DNA of 64,000 nt from Candidatus Heimdallarchaeum endolithica (GCA_021513715.1 CP084167.1:960001-1024000), one strand, 5' to 3'; numbered from the stretch's first letter, positions 22,018 through 33,996 are shown. Notes: generated by a model not told the origin, from the letters alone. Made by a program: numbers and translations.

Positions 22018-23013
22018 ATGTCAAAAATAGCTCTAGTTGGTTTTGGTTATTGGGGAAAAAATCATTTTAAAACTTTAAAAAAACTAAAAGATGAAGGAAT
22101 AATAGAAAAAATAACTGTTTGTGATTTAAACAAAAATGCATTAAGAAATTTAGAAAAAGAAGATGAAATAGAGATATGCTATGATTGGAAAAAACTCCTT
22201 ACGAGTGATATTGACCTAGTTTCGATAGTATCTCCAACCCCATTACACTACGAAATGGCTAAAGAATTTATGCTGAGAGGTAAAGATGTATTAGTTGAAA
22301 AACCTCTAGCAATGAACGCTAATGAATGTGATGAACTTATAGAAATCTCAGAAAAAGCAGGTTCAGGGTTGATGGTTGGACATATTTTTAGATTCCACCC
22401 AGGAGTAGTAGAGTTAAGAAACATGATAAGAAAAGGAGATTTTGGTAATATATTAAATATTTTTATTAGAAGACAGACTCTACGAGTACCCAGAAAAGAT
22501 ATGGGAGTATTGCTTGCACTAGGAATCCATGAAGTAGATATAGCTTGCTTCCTCCTAAATGAAGAATTACCAGAAACAATATATGCAGATATAAATAGTT
22601 ATTTTGGAAATGCAGAAGAAATGGCTCTAATAATCCAAAAGTTCAAGAATACAACAGCTTATTTTTACGAAAGCTGGATAGACCCATCTAAAGGTAAATT
22701 CAGAGAATTAACTTTAATTGGAACAAATGGAACTGCAAGCCTGAATTTTTCAGAACCTGATAGAATTACAATTCATCAGTCTTATCTAGAAAGAAAACAA
22801 GAAGAAAATTTCAGTGTTGTAAACGGCGGAGACTTTATAGTTAGGCTCGAATATTCCGAACCATTATATAATGAGTTAAAACATTTTATTGAAGAAAGTA
22901 ATAACAAAAAAAATTATCATTCAAATGGTTATGTGGGCAAAAGAGCTGTAGAGTTAATTGAGAAAGCTTTACTTTCAAACAAACAACAAACTTTCATTGA
23001 AGTAAAGAATTAA
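22018..23013 (+). CDS. Gfo/Idh/MocA oxidoreductase (WbpB-like 3-dehydrogenase)
   Basis: GFGYWG, VEKPLA, VGHIFRF, IHEVD. Confidence 0.88.
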   Translation: MSKIALVGFGYWGKNHFKTLKKLKDEGIIEKITVCDLNKNALRNLEKEDEIEICYDWKKLLTSDIDLVSIVSPTPLHYEMAKEFMLRGKDVLVEKPLAMNANECDELIEISEKAGSGLMVGHIFRFHPGVVELRNMIRKGDFGNILNIFIRRQTLRVPRKDMGVLLALGIHEVDIACFLLNEELPETIYADINSYFGNAEEMALIIQKFKNTTAYFYESWIDPSKGKFRELTLIGTNGTASLNFSEPDRITIHQSYLERKQEENFSVVNGGDFIVRLEYSEPLYNELKHFIEESNNKKNYHSNGYVGKRAVELIEKALLSNKQQTFIEVKN

Positions 23014-23307
23014 TTTCATTAAGAAACTTTTAATTTTCAATGGGAATATTAATTGTGCTATAGAAAGATACTTTTTTGGTTCCATTAATACAGTTAACAA
23101 AAAAAAGAAAAAATCAATTGAAAAAAAATTAGAGTTTATGGAAATAGTTTTTAAGAAATACTAAAACTAACAAGAGAAAATAACGAAATAAGAAAAAAAG
23201 TACACGAAGAAAAGAAGTGAAAAAGTTATAGATTTAGTTTAGTTAATCTGCAATCCTTTTACAGATATTTGATTATCCTATTCTATTAAAACAATAAGTA
23301 AAATTTA

Positions 23308-24261
23308 CTAAAAATTAGTCTGTATTGGAGAAGAATCAGTAGAATAAATTTTATCAAGTTCAAAGAGAGAAAGAATATCAGCTATTTTCTCTTTTTCCAC
23401 TTTAGTAAGATCTCTTTTCCATTTGTCAATTAGACTATCACCAGTTAAAAGAGCACTGTCTTTTCTAACTTCAGGAGAGGGTTTTTTCATAATTTTACAA
23501 ATAGACTTATCATAATCTCTCCCAATGAAAGAAAATAATTTTTCCAATTCTTCTTCTGGATAAAGCACTAAATGCTCATAAAAAATCAAGTGAAAATCAT
23601 TGTCTGATAATTGTTTAAGGGGAACATAATTTTCAATACACCAAAGAAAAAGGCTTTTTTCGAATTGCGTATCAGCTTTCTCAATGTCTCTCTTAAACTC
23701 ATTTAGATAGTCATCCATTAGTAGTGGTTGAGAAAGAAAAGTAGACAAATCAGTCACCCAGTTTTGTTTAATACGAGAAACAATTACTGCTCCAGGATGA
23801 CGCATTAAAAAAATAAGTTTGATTTCAGGAAAATGAACCTTAATTCATTTTAGCATAAGATTTGTGCGAATATCCTTAACCAGTCTTTTTGTGCAAAAAA
23901 ACTTCTTGTTAAAACGATCAATCCAACTATTACGTATTGCTCCAGAAAGAATTTTCTCTGCGGGAAGCAAAAAAGAACTTTCATTATTATCTGGTCTAAG
24001 ATACTGTCTGTAGTAAAAATGAATACAAAGAGGAACTTTTTTAGAATGAAAAGGTTCGAAAAGATAACGATATTCGTTTCTATAATTAATAATATTAGAC
24101 AACCAAGTTGTTCCACTACGACCTGTTCCAGCTAAAAAAATAGTGTTGCGATAATCAGTGTCTAAGTTAATGTAAACTTTACTAAAAAGACGCATTTTAA
24201 TAGAATCAACTAAAGTACCCTCTTTTCTTTTGCGATTAATTTTTTGTATAAACTCACTCAT
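23308..24261 (-). pseudogene. Sulfotransferase interrupted by one in-frame TGA
   Basis: ORFs 23845-24261 (GTGRSGTTW, FEPF) and 23308-23805 (RHP, FYE, KWK) share a frame; reads NLMLK*IKVHFPEIKLIFLMRHP with TGA at 23845-23847. Confidence 0.85.
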
Positions 24262-24494
24262 ATAATCACTTTAAGAAGATTTGAACAATTGACTTTTTTA
24301 CAAAACTCAAAGAAACAAAGTTCATAGCCGAATTTCAAGAGTATCTGCAAAGAAACACTATCATTAGTTATCTTAACTATAAAGATGAAAGTAACTTCAT
24401 AAAAAATAACAGTTATTTCTTTTTAATTCTTACCATATGAATTAAACAATTAATAGTTAAGTAAACTTTTTATTTTCTATCCTAATTTTAAATT

Positions 24495-26327
24495 GTGAGA
24501 TATAAAGATCCTTTTCTTATTCCAATAACGCAAATTAGTAAAACAAAGAAATTAAGGAAGGAAGAAAAGATACAATTAATAGAAAATATCTTTCAAAAAA
24601 TAATACAACTAACTGGAGAAAATGAAGAAATAATAAAAAAAATAGAAGAAATAAGGAAAATAATAGCGAAGAGCGGAATAGAAATTAATATAGAAAAAGA
24701 ATATCTCAAGAATTTAAAAAATTTAAAAAATTTAAAAAATTTAAACAGAAAATTCAACTTTAGTTTAGACGAAAAAAAATCAAATATTTTTATTACCCCC
24801 TATCATCTTTCATTAATAACAAGCATTTGCTTAATAGACCCAGAAAGCAATGGAGAGTTTAACACACCATTCTATATAGCTGAATATATGGCAAAAAGAG
24901 CAATAAAATACTATTTAACAAAAAACAAATCAGAAGAAAAAACAGAAAAAAACAAACTATTAAGATTTAAGTTTGCAGATATAGCTAGTGGAACAGGAAA
25001 CTTAATAATCGCTCTCTTATATGAAATAGAAGAGAGAATAGAAAAAGAAGAAGAGTTAGAAAATGAAGAATTAATAGAGTTTATCAGTAACAACATTTAT
25101 TGTTACGATAATAACCAGCTAGCATTAAAAATAAATGAGCTTAGACTACTCTTATTAATCAAATATTCTCTGGAAGAAGCAGGATTAAGAAAAATAAATT
25201 TTAAAACAATAAAAACAAATACTTTGGATAAAGAAAAAATAAAGAAAAACAATTATTTTGATATTATTTTAATAAATCCACCCTTCAAAACTTATGGATT
25301 AAGAAATGGACAAAAATATAGCCAAGAATTAAAAAACTATTTAAGAAGAGAATATAAGACAGCAGAGTATAAACTCCCACTTTATCCACTATTCATGGAA
25401 AGAGCGATAGAACTACTAAAAAAAAGAGGAGTGCTCGGAGTAGTCAGCCCAGATAGTTTTTTGTTAGGTAAATATTACTCAAAAATAAGAAAATATATAC
25501 TCAATAACACTACAATTAAAGAAATAACATTATTAGACTATGAACCCTTTGAAAAAGTAACACTAGGAAGAACAGCACTAACTTTCTATATGAAAAAAAA
25601 TGAAAAAGAAAAAATATATAGTCAAATAATCACAAAAAGAATAGGCAATTATCAATCTTTTACAAACAAAAATGAGATTAAAAGATATTTAAACGACGAA
25701 AAAAAATTCCTAAATAATGATCGAAATAGATTTTTTCTGTTCTTTAATGAGAAAGAAGAAAAAATGGTAGAAAAATGGATAGAAAAAGCAGATTGTAAAT
25801 TGGAAGATTTAGTAACAATACATACAGGAATAAGAAGCAAAATAGGACAAAAAAAGATCATTAGCTTAAAAAAACATGATGAAAATTGGAAAAAAGGAAT
25901 AATATCAGGAAAACAGATAAAACCTTATTACCTAGAGTATAAAGGACATTGGATAAAAGTTGATCCATCAGTATTATGGGCTGGAGGGTATAAAAAAGAA
26001 ATAATAGAAAAACCGAAAATATTTATTAGACAGACAGGAGATAAGATAATAGCTTGCGTAGATCAAGAAGGATATTACCACTTAAATAATATTCACTCTC
26101 TAGCCCCAAGAGATGAAACAATTGATCTTTACTCTTTATCTGTTATATTAAATTCTAAAGAATTTAACCAAATATACCAAATATTAAGTATGGAAAAAGG
26201 AAGAAATTTTGCTCAGATAGATATAGATTTCTTATTAAGGATGCCAATAATTAATTTCTCAAATGAGAAAAAGAGAAAGCTACAAAAATTTTACTACCTT
26301 CAAAATGATAAGAAAAAAATGGAATAA
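24495..26327 (+). CDS. N6-adenine DNA methyltransferase (TaqI/Eco57I-like with C-terminal TRD), copy 1
   Basis: GEFNTP, motif I DIASGTGN, motif IV NPPF, PDSFLLG, KI.IRQT; no nuclease nearby. Confidence 0.88.
   Translation: MRYKDPFLIPITQISKTKKLRKEEKIQLIENIFQKIIQLTGENEEIIKKIEEIRKIIAKSGIEINIEKEYLKNLKNLKNLKNLNRKFNFSLDEKKSNIFITPYHLSLITSICLIDPESNGEFNTPFYIAEYMAKRAIKYYLTKNKSEEKTEKNKLLRFKFADIASGTGNLIIALLYEIEERIEKEEELENEELIEFISNNIYCYDNNQLALKINELRLLLLIKYSLEEAGLRKINFKTIKTNTLDKEKIKKNNYFDIILINPPFKTYGLRNGQKYSQELKNYLRREYKTAEYKLPLYPLFMERAIELLKKRGVLGVVSPDSFLLGKYYSKIRKYILNNTTIKEITLLDYEPFEKVTLGRTALTFYMKKNEKEKIYSQIITKRIGNYQSFTNKNEIKRYLNDEKKFLNNDRNRFFLFFNEKEEKMVEKWIEKADCKLEDLVTIHTGIRSKIGQKKIISLKKHDENWKKGIISGKQIKPYYLEYKGHWIKVDPSVLWAGGYKKEIIEKPKIFIRQTGDKIIACVDQEGYYHLNNIHSLAPRDETIDLYSLSVILNSKEFNQIYQILSMEKGRNFAQIDIDFLLRMPIINFSNEKKRKLQKFYYLQNDKKKME
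24708..24743 (+). repeat. In-frame 9-bp tandem repeat (KNL x4)
   Basis: aagaattta aaaaattta aaaaattta aaaaattta; absent from the paralog. Confidence 0.8.
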
Positions 26328-26675
26328 CGTTAAAACGAATAGCGTAAAATTTGTATTTAAAAAACAATTTTTTGCTTAAAATCATTAATATTGTTTATAT
26401 TAAAAAACTGAAAGAAGGATTAAAAGCAAGATGAGAATTCAACCAAGAAAAACGGTAAATGTTAAATCTAAATTATTTTGAATTTATTAAATTTTTACTT
26501 TTTCTAATAGCATAAATTTAAAATAATAGAAATATATGTATGATACTAACAAACTCTACTTGGTTTTATAATGTTACACCAACAACGAATTTAAAGATCC
26601 TATTTAACTTTTTAAAAATCACAAAAATAAAAAACATAGAAAAAAATAAATACAAAACAAATAACGAGTCCTATT

Positions 26676-27623
26676 ATGAATAAACTACTAATCACAGGTG
26701 GATTAGGTTTCATTGGAACTAATTTAATACAGAATCTTTTAAAGGAAAATGAGTTTAATATAGTAAGCGTAGATAATAACTTTATTAATGTGAAACCAAC
26801 AATATTTCAAAAAAGAATAACAACGTATTTTTGTGATATTACAGACAGAAAAAAGTTAGAATATATCTTTAAAAAAGAAAGACCAGATATAGTAGTGCAT
26901 CTTGCTGCTATACATTATATACCTTATTGCATTTCAAGGCCATCAGAAACGATAATGAATAATGTTATTGGAACAGAGTCTGTACTTAATGCAGCCAAAA
27001 AAAATAATGTCTTAAAAGTGATTTTTGCTTCCTCTGCCGCAGTTTATAAACCTTCAGATTACAAACACAAAGAAAATGATGAATTAAAACCTTTAGAAAT
27101 CTATGGAGAATCAAAGTTATTCGGAGAATATATATTACAAAGATATTCAAAAGAAACAGATATAAAATCAATAGCTTTAAGATTATTTAATGTCTATGGA
27201 GATTATGAGACTAACCCACATCTGATCCCTGATCTTGTTAAACAAATAAAAGATGGTAAGACAAAAATTACTCTAGGGAATCTTGAACCAAAAAGAGATT
27301 ACATTCATGTAAATGACGTTGTTCATGCGATTCAGATGTTAATAAACTTTGAAACAAAAGATGAATTTCAAGTCTATAATGTAGGAACAGGTATAGGGAC
27401 ATCAGTTGAAAAAATTGCAGAATATTTGGAAGAAAATTGTAAGAATAAACTAATTTTTAACTCTATTTCTAAAAAAAAGAGAAAGAATGATCGTATGAAT
27501 TTAGTAGCAGATATATCTAAAATCAAAGAAGAACTTGGTTGGTATCCAAAAATTAATGTTAAGGAAGGAATTGCAAAACTGTTAGAAAGTGATAACTACT
27601 TTCAACAAAAGAATAGTGATTAA
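26676..27623 (+). CDS. NAD-dependent sugar epimerase/dehydratase
   Basis: TGGLGFIG, HLAAIHYIP, SSAAVY, YGESK, FNVYG. Confidence 0.9.
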   Translation: MNKLLITGGLGFIGTNLIQNLLKENEFNIVSVDNNFINVKPTIFQKRITTYFCDITDRKKLEYIFKKERPDIVVHLAAIHYIPYCISRPSETIMNNVIGTESVLNAAKKNNVLKVIFASSAAVYKPSDYKHKENDELKPLEIYGESKLFGEYILQRYSKETDIKSIALRLFNVYGDYETNPHLIPDLVKQIKDGKTKITLGNLEPKRDYIHVNDVVHAIQMLINFETKDEFQVYNVGTGIGTSVEKIAEYLEENCKNKLIFNSISKKKRKNDRMNLVADISKIKEELGWYPKINVKEGIAKLLESDNYFQQKNSD

Positions 27624-27624
27624 A

Positions 27625-28755
27625 ATGAGAATAGCGATGTTAAATAGATATTTTTATCCTGCAATAGGAGGAGTAGAAAATCATATAAAAAATCTCTCTA
27701 GAGAACTAATAAAGATGGGGCATGAAATTGTCATTATTTGTTCAAATAGAAACTTTAAAGGAGAAAAAATAGAAAAAAAACATGAAAATATTCAAGGTAT
27801 CAACATATTTAGGTATAATAAATTCAAAGAAATACATAAATTGTTAAAAAAACTAAAAGTTGACATTGTACACATTCATTTATATAGATCAACACATACA
27901 CCATTCTTATTTCGAGAAGCAAAAAAAGCAAAATTACCTATTATTCATACACCACACTGCATATACCCCCCAAAATCATTTGTTGACTTATTGAAGAAGA
28001 AAATATATGATTTTCTTTTTTCTTCATTAATAATTAATTCATCAAGTGTCATAATAAATCTAACAAAACAAGACCAAATGGATATGATGAAGCTAGGAAT
28101 GAAAAAGGAAAAGTCTATCATTATTCCAAATTCTATAATAATACCGCCAGAAACTAAAAAAGAGACTAATGTTTTTAAGAAGTATAAACTAGCGGAAAAT
28201 TATATTTTATACGTTGGAAGAATTGATTGGAATAAAGGAATAGATAAATTGATATATGTAGTCAAAAAAGTACAAGAACTAGATTCAAGATGTATAGAAT
28301 TAGCGATTGTTGGTGAAGATATAAGTGAAAAAAAGAAATTATTAAAACTAATTAAAAAATTGAATCTAGAAGAAAAAGTAAAGTTCTTAGGTTTTGTTCC
28401 AAGCAATGATTTAATTAGCTTATATAAATATGCTACCTGTTTTATATTATTGAGTGCATATGAAGGGTTACCAACAGTAGTATTAGAAGCAATGTTTCAT
28501 TCTACTGTAACTATTGCAACAGCTGAAGGGGGAACAAAATTTGTAATAGAAAATGGAGTAGATGGTTTTTTAGTTGACAAAGAAGATATTAATAATATTG
28601 CAGAGATTATAATAAAATTAGTAAAAAACAGACAAGAAGGAGTAGAAATTGGAAAAAGAGCAAAAGAAAAAATAATTAATAATTATTTATGGGAAAAAAA
28701 TTCTGTTAAAATGAAAGATATATATTATAGAATTGTTAGGAAGAATGAACTTTAA
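27625..28755 (+). CDS. GT4 glycosyltransferase
   Basis: GGVE, IPNS, GRID.NKG, EGLPTVVLEAM; start set at MRIAML. Confidence 0.92.
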   Translation: MRIAMLNRYFYPAIGGVENHIKNLSRELIKMGHEIVIICSNRNFKGEKIEKKHENIQGINIFRYNKFKEIHKLLKKLKVDIVHIHLYRSTHTPFLFREAKKAKLPIIHTPHCIYPPKSFVDLLKKKIYDFLFSSLIINSSSVIINLTKQDQMDMMKLGMKKEKSIIIPNSIIIPPETKKETNVFKKYKLAENYILYVGRIDWNKGIDKLIYVVKKVQELDSRCIELAIVGEDISEKKKLLKLIKKLNLEEKVKFLGFVPSNDLISLYKYATCFILLSAYEGLPTVVLEAMFHSTVTIATAEGGTKFVIENGVDGFLVDKEDINNIAEIIIKLVKNRQEGVEIGKRAKEKIINNYLWEKNSVKMKDIYYRIVRKNEL

Positions 28756-29335
28756 TATTTTAAAATTGTTTTTAGAAGAAGATCAAAGAGCTACTACTTA
28801 AACTCATGTCAATTTATATTTTGATTAGTCTAAACTTATTTTTACTCTTTATTTCAATAAATAGAGATATAAAAATAGTTAAAGTCAAGAAACTAAACTT
28901 TTTGAACCTATTTTCATAATTGTATTGTATGCGGTCACATATAGAAGTAAGTACTCTTACCTTCACAATTTTTTTGTTCGATTTATCATTTTCTTTTTGT
29001 ATCAAGTCCTGAAGGTTGTAATTTCAAGTTCTTTTGTACTATTAATTCAGTATTACTATTAATATTATTTATCTAAAGAATGAAAAACAAATATTATTAG
29101 ACTTTGGTAAAAATCATCCTTTGACTTCGTCTACAAAGATTATTAATTATTTCAAACAAACATTTATTTTTATTTATTCTGAATTTAGTTTTATTGGGTT
29201 TACCTTCTGTATTTGTTAATGTTTTGTGATCTTAACTTTGATTTACAGAATTGGATACTTAAATCCTTTTTATAATAATTTTTAAAAAAAGTTATATTAT
29301 TCCGCAGTAAAAGAAAAGATATGATTAATGCTAAT

Positions 29336-30628
29336 TTATTCAAGATTATTTTTTATAATATATTCTGGTTTTTTTAATTTTTTATATAAAAAAGAGATAT
29401 TCATCATCATAGTTATTATATGTGCCAAAAACCAAGATAATGAGATTATCTCTAAATTATTTAAGATTTGCAACATAGTCCAAGAACACATAATAGAAAC
29501 AAACGATATTAGGCTTTCATTTACAAGAAGAAGTTTTCTATAATTAAAACTTCTATAGATAGATCCAGAGATTCTGTTTATCAAGTATGGTAACGCAGAT
29601 AATAATAGAATGCGAAATGGTCTTAACCCTTTTTCTTCAACTTCTGTACTATATAATACTAATATGTGTTTTGATAATGGTAATAGAATAGAAATACCTA
29701 TAATAAAAGCTATTTCCAAGATTACTATTATTTTATATATATTCGTTTTGTTTAGAGAATCTCTTTCAGACAACTTAGAATATATAGCATTTGAGATAGA
29801 GCCAACACTTAAAAACACTAGGTTTGATAAAGACCAAATTGTTGTAAAAACACCATTTTCTGCCATACCTATATATTTAATGATCAGAATAGTATAAATA
29901 AAACCTGGCATTCTTGCTATTAATATTGATAAATAATTAACAAACGAGTATTTAAAAAACTCACAAATATTAATATTGTGCGATTCACTTTTTTCTATAC
30001 TATTCAATAATTTTAGTATTTTCTTGATATCAAAAATGATCATTAAAAAAAATGATATCAAATATGATAAGATTAAAGTTAATAAAATACCATATACTAA
30101 GAACTTTAAAAAATAGATAAATAGGATCTTTAATATCATTAATATTAATTCTCTTATAAATATGTAATTTGATCTCTTAAAGCCTAAATATATAGATTCT
30201 TGTAAAATATGTAGAACAATAGAGAATGTAATAAGAACAATTGAGATTATATATATATTTCTATGCTTCTCACCAGAATATATAAAAACAATGTAATAAA
30301 ATGAAGATAATACTGACATTACTACTGATAAAAGTAACACTATTGAAAACGCCTTTTTTATTAAATTAGAAATGATATAATCTGATTTGAATAAACCTTT
30401 TCTAATATAGTGGATTAATGACATGTCAACTCCAAATATTGATAATGTAGAAGAAAACAGTCCAATTGATATTATGAAACCTGCAATCCCAATTGATTCC
30501 AGACTATAAAACCTATTTCCAATTAACCAAAAAATAAAGTTAGTTATAGCACTTATAATTAACCTTAACAGCAAGAAAAAAGAATCTTTGAATATTTGGT
30601 TTTCCTTGAGATTTTTAATTTCCAGCAT
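29336..30628 (-). CDS. Wzx/MOP-family flippase
   Basis: Polytopic membrane protein; 'NFIFW...RFYS...IG', 'ENGVF'. Confidence 0.78.
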   Translation of the reverse strand: MLEIKNLKENQIFKDSFFLLLRLIISAITNFIFWLIGNRFYSLESIGIAGFIISIGLFSSTLSIFGVDMSLIHYIRKGLFKSDYIISNLIKKAFSIVLLLSVVMSVLSSFYYIVFIYSGEKHRNIYIISIVLITFSIVLHILQESIYLGFKRSNYIFIRELILMILKILFIYFLKFLVYGILLTLILSYLISFFLMIIFDIKKILKLLNSIEKSESHNINICEFFKYSFVNYLSILIARMPGFIYTILIIKYIGMAENGVFTTIWSLSNLVFLSVGSISNAIYSKLSERDSLNKTNIYKIIVILEIAFIIGISILLPLSKHILVLYSTEVEEKGLRPFRILLLSALPYLINRISGSIYRSFNYRKLLLVNESLISFVSIMCSWTMLQILNNLEIISLSWFLAHIITMMMNISFLYKKLKKPEYIIKNNLE

Positions 30629-30944
30629 ACTATTTTCCCTTCTAATCATTATTAAAAAAATTATCATTTCAGTACATTGTCTATGGATTCAATAAGAGAA
30701 CTAAAATTCATAGTTTTTAATCAGATATTATAAATATAGAGGAAATAAAAACCTATCGAATTTTCGATTGGTTTTGAAACTTATAGTTCATCATAACTAA
30801 AGTGAGTACTTTCTCTAGTATGTTAATTATTATTTAAAAGAATATAAAAGTTTTGATTTTATGTGTAGTAGAGAGAGAAAATCTTTTTCCTACAATAATA
30901 TAAATTATAAAAAACAATATTATATAGATAATATTATATAGATA

Positions 30945-31951
30945 AAGCATGTCCAAAATTCTTTTTCACCTACTAAACGGTCCGAAGGAGTAAAAGGTAG
31001 TTGTAACAGAGAGAGAACTGTACAAGGTAGAAAGAATGGTAGAGGGTAAACGATCAAGGATCGGGGGAAGAGAGAGTTTGAGGAGACTAATCCAAAGACA
31101 TGTTTGACACTACTACGATACTCGGGGTGATGATTATGACGATAGAGACTAGGGTAGAGACGATGAGCTTGAACTATTGGTCCGGGGAGAGGAGGAGAGG
31201 GATAACGAGTATCACTTTTTGGGGGAATGATGGGGAAGAAGGAATGTTGTTTTAGAAGTCCCACGATATTTTCTGTCCAGTAGTTACAATCTCCATAAAA
31301 TCGCAAGAAAGGTTTTAAGAGTGCAGAAGGAAGTTTCTGCCAGAGTAAACCGAAGACTTTACTATCGTGAGTGTTACTAGCAGAATGAGCTAGAGAGACT
31401 ATAGCTCGAGAGGGTAAACCTACTATAAGATGTATCTTCCAGAAAAGTTGGGTTGGGAAGTTTTCTTTAGTCCTCCTCTTGCCCACTTGAGAAAACGCCA
31501 AACAGAAGCTTGAAGAATTTTAAACCCTGAACTGTCCACCGCTATAGCTCTCAAGCCTTTTTTTTTCACTATTTCCCTACCTAAGTTTATTATCCACCGC
31601 TATAAGATTTTACTTTCTGTCGTTCTCCACACAGCATGAAAGATTTAGAAGGAATCTTCTTCATCTACCCCTCTTCTATCAAAAAATTGCATAGAGACAA
31701 CTTTTCCTCTAATTTTCTCCAAGCTATTCCTTCTATTCTTGCGATAATCGCTAAAGCCAGTATCACCCATCGTTCCGCTATTCTTTTTCTTCCTCTCTTA
31801 CTTTCTCTCAGTTTTTCATCCACCAGTTTCTTAAGGAAAGGTTCATCAATGATTATGAATTCTCTTACTTTGTGGATTCTATGATCTGAAAGAAATTCAT
31901 AATTCAGACATAATCCCCCACATTAATAAAAATTAATTTTTGTACATGCTT
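30945..31951 (-). mobile_element. IS5/IS4-like DDE insertion sequence, transposase pseudogene
   Basis: TIRs AAGCATGT(C/A)CAAAA at 30945 and 31951; AGATA at 30940-30944 and 31952-31956; frameshifted fragments AVDSSG, WKIHL, HDS, YGDCNY, YRSSVKHVFG. Confidence 0.82.
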
Positions 31952-32020
31952 AGATAATTGATTACAACTAGTTAATTAATATAAATTATCATTAAATTAA
32001 ACTTAGTTACCCTTTTTTTT

Positions 32021-33226
32021 CTATTGATTACTATAATTTAAGCATTCGTGTAATTCTTTTTCAATCTTGTCAAAATAACTGTCCCAAGTAGGAAGCTCCA
32101 TTTTAAATGAATTAATTGTTTCAGTTGTTTTTAGTAAATTTAATAAATTCTCAGAAAATGCATTCATGTTTGGCTCTGATATTTTTACTAAAGGATTTTT
32201 ACAAAGAATTTCATGAACAAAGGAATCATTTGCTATCAAAACTTTTTTTTTCATTACAACAGCTTCTATCGGTGTTAAACCATATGCACACCACATTGGA
32301 CTTACAAAAATATCACATGACTTGTACAAAAACTTTAAGTCATCTTCTGAAACAAATCCTGTAAAGATAATTTTACTACCATATTCTAATTTTTTCTTTA
32401 ATTTCATTATTTCAGAAAGATAGTTTCCTCTACCAGCGATTACTAAAAAAATATCATCTCTTTTATTACATAATTCATTAAATGCTTTCATAACGAGATC
32501 TAAACGTTTATTTTTTTCAATTCTATTAACACAAAGAATCATCTTATTTTCATTTCCAATTTTTTCCATCATTTCTATGATATCTTTTGTTGGTGAGATA
32601 TTCTTCTTTAAGTAAAACTCCTTTGATACTCCGGGTCTAGAGACTATTGTTTTTGTCTTATACATTAGCTCTAATTCCCATTTTACCTGTTTTGTTAAAG
32701 TTATTAAAAATAAAGAATTTTTTACGCCAAAGTATTCTATTAAAGATCTTAATTCCAACTTCATTTTTTCTATAATTGAAAAATTCCTGTGTTTAGGATA
32801 GTTTTCTTGATGTCCTATAACTGAATAATATATTTTATCAAACACTTTTCTAAATAGAAACGAGTATTTGATTTTTTCTTTCCTATCCCAAAATTTTGAA
32901 CCGTGTATATGTGTAATATAAGGGATATTTAATCCCCTTGTAGCTAAGTAAGCTAAAGCTGCACCTCCAGCTCCATTTGCAATAATAAGGTCGTGTGGTT
33001 TTTTTTTAAAAAACAATCTCAATTGTAATATATCAGTTAAGTATGATTTCCCTCTTTTAAATTGTACTACATTTATTTTTTGACCAAATAAAGATCTTTT
33101 ATCAAATTCAAATGTAAGTACACTAACTGTATTTCCTTTATTTTGAAAATATTTTACTTCTTCAATAAGCAATCTTTCTCCCCCGCCTGAATTTACTAAT
33201 TGATAATATATAATCGCAATATTCAT
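32021..33226 (-). CDS. GT4 glycosyltransferase
   Basis: GGGER, NRIEKNKR, YGLTPIEA. Confidence 0.9.
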   Translation of the reverse strand: MNIAIIYYQLVNSGGGERLLIEEVKYFQNKGNTVSVLTFEFDKRSLFGQKINVVQFKRGKSYLTDILQLRLFFKKKPHDLIIANGAGGAALAYLATRGLNIPYITHIHGSKFWDRKEKIKYSFLFRKVFDKIYYSVIGHQENYPKHRNFSIIEKMKLELRSLIEYFGVKNSLFLITLTKQVKWELELMYKTKTIVSRPGVSKEFYLKKNISPTKDIIEMMEKIGNENKMILCVNRIEKNKRLDLVMKAFNELCNKRDDIFLVIAGRGNYLSEIMKLKKKLEYGSKIIFTGFVSEDDLKFLYKSCDIFVSPMWCAYGLTPIEAVVMKKKVLIANDSFVHEILCKNPLVKISEPNMNAFSENLLNLLKTTETINSFKMELPTWDSYFDKIEKELHECLNYSNQ

Positions 33227-33289
33227 CTTTTGATGAATATTGCTTTTTGATTTATATTTTTTTGTATTCTTAATTAACTACAAGGATTA

Positions 33290-33955
33290 GAAAGGCATAT
33301 AACATGATATAAACAATAATAGTTAAAAAATATCCATTAATAATAGAGGAGAATGGTAAATAGAGAGAGATTTAAAAATTTAAGTTCATGAGTCTAACTA
33401 GAAAAGTGAGTAAGAAAAACTATAATTCAGGAAGGCAAGAAGATAATAAGGTTTAGATTACAGAAAATTTTAGAAGTCTTATTCAATAAACCTTTAGTCA
33501 ATTTGCGAAAGCTTCTGAAACTAGTTTGACAAATTAGATACCCATCTGTCAAGAGCTAAAGTTTTTGTTTCTTCTTTTGTATCTACTCTTTGACCAACCT
33601 ATGTTGTTCATTTTTCTATTGGACTGCTATATGTTAGCTCTCATGCTACATGAATACTATATTTACAAGAATTAATCTTTATCTATGCAGTCTTTAAGAA
33701 AAATACAAAACCTATTTTCTTCTTTATCCTTTTCAGAGAACATTTGTCTCATCTAAAATTCAGCAGTAAAAATACTACTTCACATCGTTTAGTTATTCTC
33801 GTCTTACTTTCTCTTTTCTCTCTTATTCTTTTTTCTATTTCTTAAGCATAATTTTTCTAGTGATTATGAACTTTTAGTTGTAGTGATTTAATGATTAAGA
33901 CTCTATTTTGTTCTGTATTAAACCTTCATACTAATAAAAGTTGTTTTGGACATAT
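33290..33955. mobile_element. Highly decayed IS remnant
   Basis: TTTTGGACAT at 33944-33953 matches the IS5-like TIR; same purine-to-pyrimidine switch as the other ISs; no ORF. Confidence 0.35.
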
Positions 33956-33996
33956 TGCTTTCACAATGATTTACTTAATTAAATAAACTTTTATAA

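Noticed and set aside
24708-24743. Phase-variable ON/OFF switch in MTase copy 1
   Set aside because: The 9-bp unit keeps the reading frame and lies in the variable N-terminus
24495-26327. Complete restriction-modification, BREX or DISARM system
   Set aside because: No nuclease, helicase or ATPase partner next to either methyltransferase
28756-29335. Possible gene or IS remnant in the intergenic gap
   Set aside because: No recognisable motif, TIR or convincing ORF
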